Source: Botryllus schlosseri
Lineage: Eukaryota
NCBI GenBank assembly: GCA_051294905.1
Contig: CM119373.1
Coordinates: forward strand, 30,070,001-30,134,000
Length of the DNA: 64,000 nt
Direction: 5' to 3'
Under the pieces are notes generated by a model. That model was not told the DNA's origin and did no database searches. It saw only the letters and a program-made list of their open reading frames with translations. The first letter of the stretch is position 1; each line of letters starts with the position of its first letter. Both the position numbers and the translations under genes were made by a program. Positions 48,838 to 61,109 of this stretch are shown here, in pieces.

Positions 48838-50475
48838 TGTAACGCTCTGGTAATCGCATTGTGTTGTCATTGAGCTGTTTTCTAGAATGTTCGATAGAAG
48901 TTGCATGTGGGAGTCTGGGAGAAGTGGAAGAGTTCTTGGTCTGGCTGGAGGTGCTGGTTGTGAGCGAGTATGTTGGGGTTTGAAGTTGAAGTAGTAGTTC
49001 AAGTGGATTAGTACAGTAGGAAGTGTCTAGGGTGGACTGGACAGGGCTACTGGGGTTTGTTTAGTGAATTATGTGTGTAACGTAGTTGATTGGGTATTGT
49101 GCCAATGTGTATGTTTTGGGGTGTTATGTCGTTGTATGAATATATGCGTATTAAGCAAAGAGGATTTGTGTTACCGGTGCGTGCGATCACGGAAAGGCGG
49201 GGTCCCGAGCCCACGAACACGACGAAGTCCCTCCCTGTTAGGTTTTCATGCCGTATCAGGGACGCTACAATTGGCGAGCACGCCAGGACCTCGTTCATTT
49301 TCGTGGTTGCCGTACCGGTGCATGGTGAGGATCGGAAGATTTGCTGCGGATGCATGGGAATTACGACAAGAGACTGGTGAATAACGTGATGTGTAGGAGT
49401 CTGCGGAAGGCTGTGTTTATATGAACAAGACATTGATTGCCGGTGCCTACGGAAGGCTGTGTTCATCAGTTTATGAACAGGACATTGATTGCCGGAGCCT
49501 ACGGAAGGCTGTGTTTATGAACAGAACATTCAGGGCCAGAGCCTGATTGTGCTGGTTTTGGCTGGAAGACAACGTGGCGGTTGTCAATGTCACTCACATT
49601 ATGGGCGTGTCGGTCGAATGCAGTGACTCGTCGGGTCACGGTTGTGGAGCTGGAAAAGCGCTGTGTTGCTGCGCAGAGGTTGCCGGGACCGGGAAATGTC
49701 AGTGAGGGTCTCGGGATGAAGACAACATTGGCTAGTGTGTCGGTGTCTGCTGCGGCATGCAATCGGGTACGTTGACTTCCGGGAAAGGTCATTGGTGACA
49801 GTGAAGGTGCGTCTCGTTGAGAGCTGCTTTGATGCGAACAGCTGTGGAATGGGGACCGACAGCCGAGGCTGCTGTGAACTGGTGCGACATGCGGTGATGT
49901 GGGGGAACAGTCGGAGAAGTGTACTCATTGGATCGCGGGTCGTTTATTGGCTTCAATGTGATATTTTATGCAGTCATGATTGATGCATGTTGATTAGGTG
50001 ATTAAGATATTCTTTTCAGAAAATCTAATCAAGAAAGGGGAGGGTAGTGTAACGCTCTGGTAATCGCATTGTGTTGTCATTAAGCTGTTTTCTAGAATGT
50101 TCGATAGAAGTTGCATGTGGGAGTCTGGGAGAAGTGGAAGAGTTCTTGGTCTGGCTGGAGGTGCTGGTTGTGAGCGAGTATGTTGGGGTTTGAAGTTGAA
50201 GTAGTAGTTCAAGTAGATTAGTACAGTAGGAAGTGTCTAGGGTGGACTGGACAGGGCTACTGGGGCTTGTTTAGTGAATTATGTGTGTAACGTAGTTGAT
50301 TGGGTATTGTGCCAATGTGTATGTTTTGCGGTGTTATGTCGTTGTATGAATATATGCGTATTAAGCAAAGAGGATTTGTGTTACCGGTGCGTGCGATCAC
50401 GGAAAGGCGAAGTCCCGAGCCCACGAACACGACGAAGTCCCTGTTAGGTTTTCATGCCGTATCAGGGACGCTACA
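48838..50475 (+). mobile_element. Complete non-autonomous miniature LTR retrotransposon (TRIM-like), 1638 bp
   Basis: LTRs 48838-49269 and 50048-50475 (TGTAACGC..ACGCTACA, nearly identical). PBS TGGCGAGCACGCCAGGA (from 49272) resembles tRNA-Arg(ACG). PPT AAGAAAGGGGAGGGTAG (50031-50047). TSD CTTG. Confidence 0.93.
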
Positions 50476-50559
50476 CTTGTTTAGATCACAAGAACATGTA
50501 ATGTCAATACATATATAGATGCGTTTAAAATGATGTCAAATATCCTCAATTACAACTAG

Positions 50560-52550
50560 TAATATACCAACATGTAGCCTAATCGAGCACAAGATATTGA
50601 AGACTGAGCAATGAGCATACGGTCTTCTTGAAATTTCGGGCTTTCCGCTATGGTGGCTACAATGTCCAGTACAACGAAAAAGGAGCAGATGACATTACTA
50701 TTCGGTAGCAGAAAGCCGTATTTCGCATTACTGTAATCGTTGCCACTGCCCGGTATAATGAAATCCATGTGCCAGACAAGTGGATTTCGCTTGCCAATCA
50801 AATCTTTTCGAGACTCTCTGGCGATGTCATTCTGACTTAACAATGCCCCAATCTCATGAAGCCAACGATCGCAAAGTCGGCGCAGCTACGTGATACGATA
50901 CGATACCAGGCCGTTATCACTGTAATCCTGAACACAATGGACCGATGCAAAATGAACAATCGGTCGAGTGGCCTCCGTTGCTCGCGCTTCGTTGCCCGAG
51001 ATGCTCTCAGCACGACCGCCGTCAAGACGAATGACATGTGCGAGCAATTTCTGTTACGTTCTACGCGTGGATTCGAGCCTGACCGTATAATATATCATGA
51101 GTACCAGTTCTACCTCGGCACTTGATATCGTATTTACAATGATTACTCTCTTATATAAGAACGATAATAACGTAGTAAGAATGCGGCTCCGATGAAATCG
51201 GCAGTTTTCAAGATTTCTCCATCTTCAATTTTAGATAACAGCTCCTCTCTTCGCAACTCACTCTCCTCTTCCATCCGTCTACTCTCCCTCATTCTTAACT
51301 CCTTCATCCATTCCGCTTCCTTCAATTTCTCTCTCATAAACATGACTACAACTGCTGTCGCCTGGATATTAAATGGTTCGAATGAGTTAATATCCTCGCA
51401 ACTCACTCTCCTCTGCCATCCGTCTACTCTCCCTCATTCTTAACTCCTTCATCCATTCCGCCTCCTTCAATTTCTCTCTCATAAACATGACTACTACAAC
51501 TGCTGTCGCCTGGATATTAAATGGTTCGAATGAGTTAATATCCTGAGTATTATCTCACCACGAACACTAGCTCGAGCTCAGATTGAACCTGGATGTCCGT
51601 TTGATATATTCCTCGTTCTCGGATGCGAAATTCATTACCACATCTAAAAATTGAAGAGCTTTCGTACAGATATTAATATGTGAGATCTGGTTTCGTGACT
51701 CACAAGACTTTGCTCCATCGTCGAGCAAACGGGTTGCTCAAGTCGCGTATCTGTCCCGCCTGAGACGACAGCTATAAAGTAATCTTTTGTTTCAAGCAGT
51801 ACTAGATATTGAAGACTTCAAAAACATACATGCCACTGCCTCACCAAGAGGATCCACATTTACTTCAATCGGCCCACCACCACTTTTTCTCTGCTCAATT
51901 AAGTACTGCGGAATCGGTCTTAGAGCGTTCTTTCATATTTTGCCATCTTTTCCGAAGACATTTGGCACTTCTCTGGCAGGTGATAACAGCAGCATTAAAC
52001 TCTATAGCCAGCAGCTCCCAAGCTCTTTGCCTTCCTGCAGCACAGACCTTATCGGTATTTTTGTTCTCTATTGGAATCCCTTCACCAGCTCCAGCAGAAG
52101 AGCTTTTCTTTAGGTTGGAAATTTGGTTCTCTTTTAATACCGGTACCTCTTTCCATTATGTTGGACGCCATTTCAATATACTATACCTGTAAATTTTAGA
52201 ACGCTGTTGGCTTTGAATTTGCGTAGAACAAATGTGTAAAGCAGAATCCGTGCAACCAAATGCATCTAATATAATAACCAAACAAAACGCGATACTACCA
52301 CGTCAGACAGCAAGCTTTTTGCCTCTAGTCGGCAGTACAGAAATCGGACAACCAGAGACGGGAATCGCTAGGTTACAAACTACGGTTCGCTGCTTGACCG
52401 TGAAAATTGAATCTGAGTCTGGTGGTGCCTTAACTTGAGTTTTATACTGCCGATCTGTACGCATTTGAGTGCCAGTATACTTTTTGGCGTGAGTTGAGTT
52501 ACGAAATCGTTGCTGAGTAAAGAATCGCTACTCAGCACAGAAATTGGGCT
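50560..52550 (-). mobile_element. Decayed PIF/Harbinger transposon (Myb/SANT ORF plus DDE relic)
   Basis: About 52140-51810 reads PNF..EKALLLELVK..IENKNTDKV..RAWE..EFNA..RSAKCLRKRWQNMKERSK..SGGGP. About 50560-50800 reads FIIPGSGND..NVIC..LDIVA..QSSISCARL. TIR-like AGCCCAATTTC at 52550 (minus). Confidence 0.7.
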
Positions 52551-53214
52551 CCACCCTTAATTATGTTTAAAATAGTAACATGTGAAAACCAAATGCAGTT
52601 GACAACGGTGTTGCACCATCGAAGTATCTTGTACTCCTGTACTGATGAGTGATAAGTAGAGCGATATTTTTTGACGTGTCAAAGTTGTAGCGTTAGGTCT
52701 GCAACTCAATATTTTCTATAGCAACCTACATTTCGTTTGTACCGTAGATGTTTGCACACACTATCGGCGAACCTATGTTGATGCTTGAAGTAACGCAATA
52801 TCCTAACTGAAGCAAGCCTGTACTACAACAAATTTTATTTATTTCAACCATGCGTGATGTAGCTTGGAATTCTTCCTAGGTCCATGTTTTATAAAAATAT
52901 AGTTTTTATGTACAAATTGTCAGTTTTTGAGTCGAAAATATTTTTCAGGCGAAACTACTTCGTAAGGACAGACAGTTCCAAACATGTAAGGACAGACAGT
53001 TCCAACCAAAATCAAGGTAAATAGGTAGTACAGTTCTATCATCATGTGTGAAAACACCTATCATCATGTGTGAAAACACCTAATTAGAATGCAATCAGGT
53101 GAAAATTAAGTTTTCAATGGATGTCATAACATGGTTTTGTCTGACGAACATGTATTCACATATACAAGGCGAAGTGCATTCGCCCATGAACGAGGGGGAA
53201 TGATCGCGATCATT

Positions 53215-54780
53215 CTGATTTTATTACTTATAATTTGAATTTCAATACAGTAAAGAGGATAATTTCAATGGATGTAGTGCGTTTAAAGGGTATTACATTT
53301 AACAAATTTTTACACAATTTCAATCTCAAATTCACTTGTCTTCTTTCGTTTGTCTTCTCACGTTCGTCATCTTCACCTTCGTCCTTTCAGGCATCATCAT
53401 TTTCCTCTGCCCCGTCATCTCCACGGGTCCCGTCGTTGCAGTGTTCTTTCAGCTTGTTCAGAATCCTTTTGATTCTCTGGTCGTCTTTCCATAGCGAGAT
53501 GGTTCGCAGTCGTACGGATAGTTTTCGCAAGATCTTTTTGATGATTACCTCTTCTTTCTTTTTGCATTTTTTCAGGTATTCATTTTCGACGTCAAGACTC
53601 CATTTGAGGTTCAATATGATCTTTTTTATATTGTCAGTGCTATCGTCATTATTTCGTTTTGGTCTTCTTTGTGATTTATAATGTTTGCTAGTTCGTTCAA
53701 CTTCATGTCTAGTTCTTTCAGAATCTTCTTTAGGATACCGAGTGTCTCCACCCAATTTGTAAAGACATGTTCAATTGTATCCTCTCTCTTTTTGCAGTAT
53801 TTGCATCTGTACTTTTTGTGTCCTTTTTATTTTTTTCAGGAGATTTCGTCTCCTTTTTTTTTCTCGCCGAATAAATATCCTTCATTTGCCAAACGGTAAT
53901 TCATTATTTTTTCCTTGTTTTTCAGGTATGCTCCGGTAGTCCAAGCTTCCAAGGTGAGTTGATACGTCTAATTTTTGTGCCTAGGTAGTATCGTTCTGTG
54001 TGTTGCCACAGATCTTCTGGCTCTTCTATTTTAGCCAGATTTTGGAATCTTATTATTTGGCACGTTTCCACCACACCATCGACCTTTTTCCTGATCAGAG
54101 TCGATCTTTCATTGGTTTCGATCTTTTCCGGATCGTATATGTACCTGAAGAACATTCTTTCCATGGTCTTCAATTCTTTCTTTCCTGGTTTGTTAATCCT
54201 CGCAGTATACATGATCTGTGAGGTTGCCAGGCTTTTCAAAATTAATATTTTCCCTAACCATGTCAAACTTTAATTATTTAATATTCCTTTTATTTTCCCT
54301 ATCTTTTCATTCCAGCTATCCTGGATGTTATTCTTCCCAAATCTGTATCCTAAAATTTTTATTTGATATTCTGCTAGACTCTCATTTATTGTTCTTTCTA
54401 TTTGATTTTTCGCCTTAGTGTTAACTGCTAGTATCTTCGTCTTTGACTCATTAGTGCTTTGCCCGGTGACCTTTTCGAGCCTTTTAAGCACTTTAAAAAG
54501 CGTATCTAATGAGTGTCTGTCTACAGTCGTTGCAGTGAAATCGTCTGCGTATCACTGCGCCTTCATCTCGAAGCTGCCAATTTTAATTCATTTTATATTC
54601 TTGTTTTTTTTTTGGATAGTCCTCGATTTGCTCAGTTATTGCCCCATTTATCGGTATTTTACTCTTCGCATTTTGGTAAGACATTTCGATGTATTCTGTA
54701 AAGTTTCCTCCGTACTGAACTTTATTTAGTATTTTTTGTAGATCGCCGTGATTAATTTCATCAAATTTTATCATGGTCAG
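53215..54780 (-). pseudogene. 5'-truncated, decayed L1/Tx1 ORF2 of a second family
   Basis: KINHGDL..YQNAKSKIPING, GKILILKSLATSQIMY, IETNERSTLIRKKVDG, IILNLKWSL; AATAAA (minus) near 53220. Confidence 0.8.
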
Positions 54781-55154
54781 AATCGTTTCGCTAACGTCCG
54801 CTCTTTTCGTACATGTTTTACGTTTCGTTTGGCGTTCTTTTTGGAAATTCGATTCGCTCGCGTCCGCCCATTCCCTTTCTGCGTTTCGTTCACGTACGCT
54901 TGATACATTTTTACAACCAAATACTCCAATGCTTTTATTATAGTGTTTTGTCGGACGGACATGTATTTATATTTGCGTGCAGAAGGAAGTTTCGCTAAAA
55001 TGAATACAAGTCGGACTCGAATGACGTGGTTTTGACTCAAAACGCTGACGTGGTTTTGACTCAAAACGCAAGTTTAAGTGGCCCTGGAAAGGGCCGATGG
55101 TTTTATCATGAAGTGACCAGACAAGAGATGTTCAAAATATTGCAGATTCCATAT

Positions 55155-58100
55155 TTAATTTCCCTCTGCTGGCTTGAAATGGCCGTTTCTCAGTCGAATG
55201 AGGAAACGAAGATTTTCACGACGACGTACGCGGGAAATTGCAACGTACGCACATCCGGCGCTCAACCTTGGACGATTATCTTATCGAGTGGTTGGCCTTC
55301 GACCTTGTGGATGGTCGTGGCGTAGGCCAAGTCAATTGGGTAGTAAGTCCCTTCTGGCGACGTAATTGGATACACGCGGATCAAGTGACCGCTGGAGATC
55401 TTCAGAAGTATCGTGTGCCCCACAACGGCATGAATCAAACCGCACTGGCCGTTGACATACCCCCTACGTTTTTGCCGATTTTCAGTAATCACCCCCCTAC
55501 GTTTTGCCGATTTTCAGTAATCACAACACGCATCCCAACATAGACAGGTTGCAAGTTCGATTCAGCGGTCGGATACCTAACTTGAATTAGCGGTAACGAG
55601 CGCGCGAAGATGTTATTTCGTACACCCAAGTTGTATCGCCGCGATGTTTGACGGCTCAAGGTCAAAACCTTGAAGTCAGCGTGTTTTTCATATATTGCTA
55701 CAGCGTGTTTTTCATATATTGCTTACAAGAGCCTCGTCCGAAAAATCGGGCGTGTCTTGCAACACCAATCCCTCTGGGAATCGCGATAACGATTCTATCG
55801 ACGGTCGTTGAATGCGACATTCAGTCAAAAAGGTAGAGAGGACCACATCCGTTGTACGAAACTGTTGCAATAGGGTAGTCTTGTCACTTTGCTCATTATA
55901 CCCCGATGAGAAAAAAGACTACCGACTACGCCGTCAACGGGAACTGGCTGTAATTGCCATTTGTCCCCGCATAGAACGACGACCGATCGATCAGATATGA
56001 ATGAGAGGTTCGTCGATATATGATCGCCGTGGGTGAGCGATATCATCGATATCTCGTCAATCAGGATTAAGTCATACTGTCGGAGCTCCCAGTTCATTCG
56101 GGATTCCGAGCCCTCGCCTACACCCAATCCGAAAGCCGCGAGTACCGTATCTGTACCTAGTTCGTTTCCGCATGCAGTCTTGTACGTTGTAGCCAAAAGA
56201 CCGGTCGGTGCCAACAACAAGACTCTGCATGCCAGAGCCAAAGCCTGACGGATGATTTCTTTGATAAATATAGATTTTCCGGTGCCTGGAGATCCGACGA
56301 GTAGATGGTACCGATTATGATCGTCGTCATTTTTGTCCACTATTGCCGGATCCATTCGTCTGCGCAGTCGATGTACGGCGCAGTTGACGAAGGCAGCTTG
56401 CACCAGTGATAAAGTCGTTGCCGGAGCAACAACAACATCCGTGACATTCAATTCATCGAAAGTGAATGTTCCTTCGTAATGCTCGTTCCAGACTTGGAAT
56501 AAGCTCACCACATAAGACCACAATGTGAAAATATACTTACTCCGACATGCTTTCTGTTGGCAGACTAATGTAATGGAATTCCTGTCTTGCCAAAAGCTTG
56601 CCCTATTATGGACAGCAAATGAAAACATCTTGATGGCCGCAGGTAGCGTTTCAAAAACAGGATGAAATAATTCCGACAGCCTGCGAAAGGGCACATTCAT
56701 CAGTGCGTCTTGGAAAAAATAGGTATCGTTGAAGAGGTCAACGAACTTGACTCCAAGCAGGAGCGGTTTAGTAGCGCGCCGGGGACGAGAGTGAGTGCAA
56801 GTAACTGTAAAATTCCTGAGATTCCTGAGAAAGTCGAACAGCGTCATACGCTCAGCACTAGGCATCCTGTTGCAACAGGCTTTGACGGTGTCATTTTCCT
56901 ACGCGTATTTCAAAGTTGGCACTAAGAATCTTTTCGTGTCAGAGCATGTATACGCCATCTTTACATCGCTCAAGAGCGCTATCATTTCCGCCTCCGCGGG
57001 AGCTAAATTACGGAGATATCGGTAGGCAACGCTTTGTGCCGACATGTCGGAAAACAGCACCTCACGCGGGACGTTGTGTTCCCGAAATTTGGATACGTAT
57101 GACGCAACATACTTCAACAACATGGTCTCGCCGTCCGTCATCTGAACATTCATAGAACATCGTAGCGCCTCTAGTAGTGAAGGGACGTAAACCCGCAAAT
57201 TAACAGAATGGGCGCGTTCCGACCGTTTCAGCAGCAACACTGTCGAGCCAGAACTAGTATCTATGACGCTCGGTTGTTCGCGCACCTCCAAACCTCTTAC
57301 GGGCTGTCTGCTTTTCTGCGTATTGTATACGACATCGAAAAACTCCGCGTCGCGTTCTGGAAAATCTGCGCAGAATTGTCCTATATCGACTTTTGCGGGA
57401 TCGTACAACCAGGCTAGATAATGCACGTGCAAGGTGCCGCGTTGCTGAAATTCATACCTATAAAAGTATGTTTTTACGTTGCACCCCGGCGAGTGGGCAT
57501 CACGCAATACGTTTTGGCGCCAGTCTTTCTTGTCCCTGCCTGGCACGAAATGCCGCATGACTTCGGTCAGTACATGTGCGATATGCAATGTCTCCAGAGC
57601 TGCTAAACCCGTGGGTCCCTTAGCAAGAGCGTCCATTCTATTGGCGATCACCTCGGAAGACGAAAAAGTCCACTCGTAGGGGCTTATGGTAATATAAATA
57701 CGTCTGGAAATCCGTACTGACGCACAGCATCCACAATAAAACTTAGCTGCCACTCCAAGTATGTTGGGGAGAACGTTTTGGAATCTAAAGCTCTCGCCGG
57801 AGAGCAGTTAAGCGCCCGAGCGGTAGATATCGCACCCGATATGGTTTTATAGAACCAGCGATCGAATTGAAAACGAAGCAGCGAGAAGCATGCCGAGAAA
57901 TCCAGAACTCCCGACAAAACTTTCCAGAGGTACGACTTCTTGCCGCTTATCCGGTCCCCGGAATCGATTATGGAAGTCTCGCACATCGACATAAATGGAG
58001 AGAGAGGATAGGCCAGATGGCGGTTTCAACAAATTTGAAACTGAACAGCTGGTCGCAGTTCAGCGTACTAGGCAGCTCGCTGTTATCGTGCTGTCTGATG

Positions 58101-58667
58101 AATTGGCCATACGCACTCTCTGGAGAGGCACACAAAAATTACGTACGTCGCACGACACGGAATGACTACGAATGGTAGCGATTGGATTTAGAACTGTGTT
58201 GCCTTAAAGCGTTCGATCCGTAATGCAGTTTGTAAATCGAAAGGACTGTCATGTCGTTAAAAGTCAAACCACGTATTGATTCTGGCCAATTTTCAAGCAC
58301 AGGCACCGAGTAATTAGAATTACTGCAGGCGCACTTACCGACAGGAAAAAACCTCCCTATTGAGGTAAATGCTGATTCACAACGTTGGCATTCGATCCAC
58401 GCGCCAGTCGAAATCCAGGCAGCCAGCTTTACTCCTGCTTGGATATTAACATCGGCTTCCTGTCGAGGCGGTACTACGATGTCTTCAAAAAATCCTCGTG
58501 CCGCGGTTTCCATTCCCTGGAGTCTTTCGTCAACACGAGCTCTTGTTCTCTCCCTTGCTTCTTCGATCTAAATTAATTTGGAAAAGTCGATAAAGGCTAT
58601 TTCGTTTGCTAAATTACCGACAGCTACTTACGTCAGGGTAAGACAAAATCGTTCCAATGGCGCTCAT
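55155..58667 (-). pseudogene. Helitron-like RepHel, copy B (near complete, about 1140 aa when reconstructed, frameshifted)
   Basis: N-terminal CxxC..CxC and WPESIRGLT; ETAIWP; PDVF.TISPYEW; YRYEFQQRGTLHVH; YVASYVSK. Pif1 motifs GSPGTGKS, APTG, DEISM, GDKWQLQPV, ENRQKRRGYVNG, LAYATTIHKVEG, YVAISRVR. Stop at 55155. Confidence 0.92.
58568..58631 (-). other. Predicted 64-nt GT-AG intron in RepHel copy B
   Basis: Donor GTAAGT and acceptor TTAATTTAG. Splicing joins MSAIGTILSYPD in frame to IEEARERTRARVDERLQG-METAARG. Confidence 0.6.
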
Positions 58668-59334
58668 TCTGGCAGTGGGTAGAAAGACAGGTACAGGAGA
58701 ATAGTAACTTGTAGATAAATAACTAGGCTGCTTACTCAACGCACCAACATATCTAAATGATCGAAGATTAGTAATTCTGGGTACTGATAAGCTGACGCAC
58801 CAAAACGAAAACGAGAGATGAGATCCCAGTTACTCATAAGCGTACGCGCTGAAACAAAAACGAGACATTTAGATGCTTGCTATGGATTACGCGGCATACA
58901 CAAAAAGACCAATCTCGACTTATCGCTGAACACTTCGCGCCATATCAGATCAAATCGCGGTCAAGTCGGATATGGAACAATCGTTTCGTTCGCGTAAGTT
59001 CGCGACTTACGTTAAACCCTACCTATACTTAGACCCTAAAACTTGTTGCCTTGCCCAAGTCACTCTATTGTTTACTGCACATGACACTTTCTCTGACTAA
59101 ATGCGACCCATTAGGACGAACCGGAATGGTCTGGACTCGACTGCAAATCGCAGGAGTCGCATACCTATTAGACGCTATTTCTGCTGCATATCATCTGTCA
59201 ACTTGTATCTATTGAGCAAAGAGGCGTGAATCGGTGCGGTGCATTTTTATTAATAGCCAAACAAACCCAAAGTATGACAGGCAACAACGTTTCGATCAAA
59301 TGAATTTGAAATGCACATAACACACACACGAGCT

Positions 59335-59660
59335 TCGTCTAATCGCCGGCGTCTTTTCTCGCCTTCTTCTGACTTCCGGATTCCGGGTCCTTCCTCTTTT
59401 TCGATTTCGAAAAAGGCCGCTGTCCTTCGACAGGCGCAGCTTGCTCAGCTGCTGCTTTGGGCACTTCGTCGAACGGCAATGCGAGAATTTCTTGTTCCTC
59501 AGAGGAAAGCTGAACGCATGGCGGTTATAACGCAGAGCGAATGTTTGTATTTGTATAATTTACTCCAGAAGGTTGCGTTTCAATTCGCTGCGTGTTTCTT
59601 CTTTTGACGGGCCGGCTTAACCGCGAGCCGTACGGCCTTGTTGGCTGACGTACCACCACC
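59335..59660 (-). pseudogene. Unknown accessory ORF relic upstream of RepHel copy B
   Basis: ..EETRSELKRNLLE..LSSEEQEILALPFDEVPK..SKSKKRKDPESGSQKKARKDAGD* (NLS-like tail); AATAAA about 90 nt downstream. Confidence 0.4.
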
Positions 59661-59929
59661 TGTCTATTGCACACGTATTCGATGGATCACACTGACGAAT
59701 ATATTTTGTTTCTGTCTCCACGACTTGTAACTTTATTGAATCACGTACGGCAATGCAACGAACTTCCGAGTCAGCGAATAATTGAATGAGTAGAATGACC
59801 GTCTCTCATAGCCACGAGAGATTACATGCACAAATTGTTATCTACGTTCACACGACAAAATATACGACTCTTATCGGGTCTCGGTTCAGAGAATTACGTA
59901 ACGTTTACCAACTCCTTGTTGAAAATTAT

Positions 59930-60250
59930 TGGAATGGCGTTATACCAATATACTCCGTAAAGTTCCCCCTTCCCACCAAAACAACTAGATGTAGAAAAAA
60001 ACGAGTATATTGGTCAATATCTCAAACCTAGGGTCATACAACATATGGACTGCGGCTAATCAAAGGGACTGGAGACAGGAAACGATTTTATATGCAGGGG
60101 TAAAAGTAAACTGATGAAACGAAATACCATCCAAGCGTGGCGTGGCGGAAACCCTATTTTACATAACCATCTAGGAACGACTAGCAATATCATCGTTCCG
60201 TCCCAATGCTCAGATCAACAAGAGTAAGCATTCAACACAACCAATCAATA
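59930..60250 (+). pseudogene. Possible Penelope-like GIY-YIG endonuclease relic
   Basis: Across frameshifts: NGVI.YSVK..C.K.EYIGQ.LKPRVIQH and ..ERLAIYHR..P.L. Confidence 0.35.
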
Positions 60251-61109
60251 ATTGACAAAATATAACTAGCACCAAAAGCGGTACCATCAGCGACATTAAA
60301 GATCTCATTGCTTGCAAAAACATACCATCATTAAACACAAATGCAGAACTAAAATATCAATAGCACAAAAGCGGGACAACGGATACCTTAAAAGTCACTT
60401 CGCATGCAACACACAAATTAATGAAAATGAATATTAAAAATCAACAAAATGAAACAATACAATGCAATTCATAGACGAAACCAGTCTATATGCACTGACG
60501 AAAGTCATCAACGTGTATGCAAGGTCAACACCATAATTCATCCCGAAAGTCATCAACGTGTATGCAAGGTCATCACCATAATTCATCCAGCAATCATGCT
60601 TCAAAACCCACGGAACATGCTATTCACTGTCATTCACTTACTTCTACTTTCTCATCATTACTGTCAACCCGTCCAGCGGGAACAGCAATCATTCCTACCA
60701 AATCCGTGTTGTCTGTACACAACAACAGAGGGCTTATGGCAACTCAACGACAATTCTGCCGTGATCATCTTAAATACGACGCATAGTTCCGTGAAGCATA
60801 AACGGGCCTACACGGGCCCAACGTTTTGATGTCCGCATTACTACAACGCATACTTTAGCAACGAGCTTCGGTGACCCCACCTTACATTTTACGACGGGAG
60901 TCACAACATGATGCAGCAATCCTGCATTTACATAACATATCACTGTACAAAGCGCAATTTAACCGCGCCTATCTTTACTTTACGCGATTCAACAATCGAT
61001 GAAGCAGCAATCCTGCATTTACGCAACATATTAATGCACAAGGCACAATTTTCATCACGCATATCTTTAATCTACGCGATTTAATGCAACACGTAATCAA
61101 TCATTTAAA

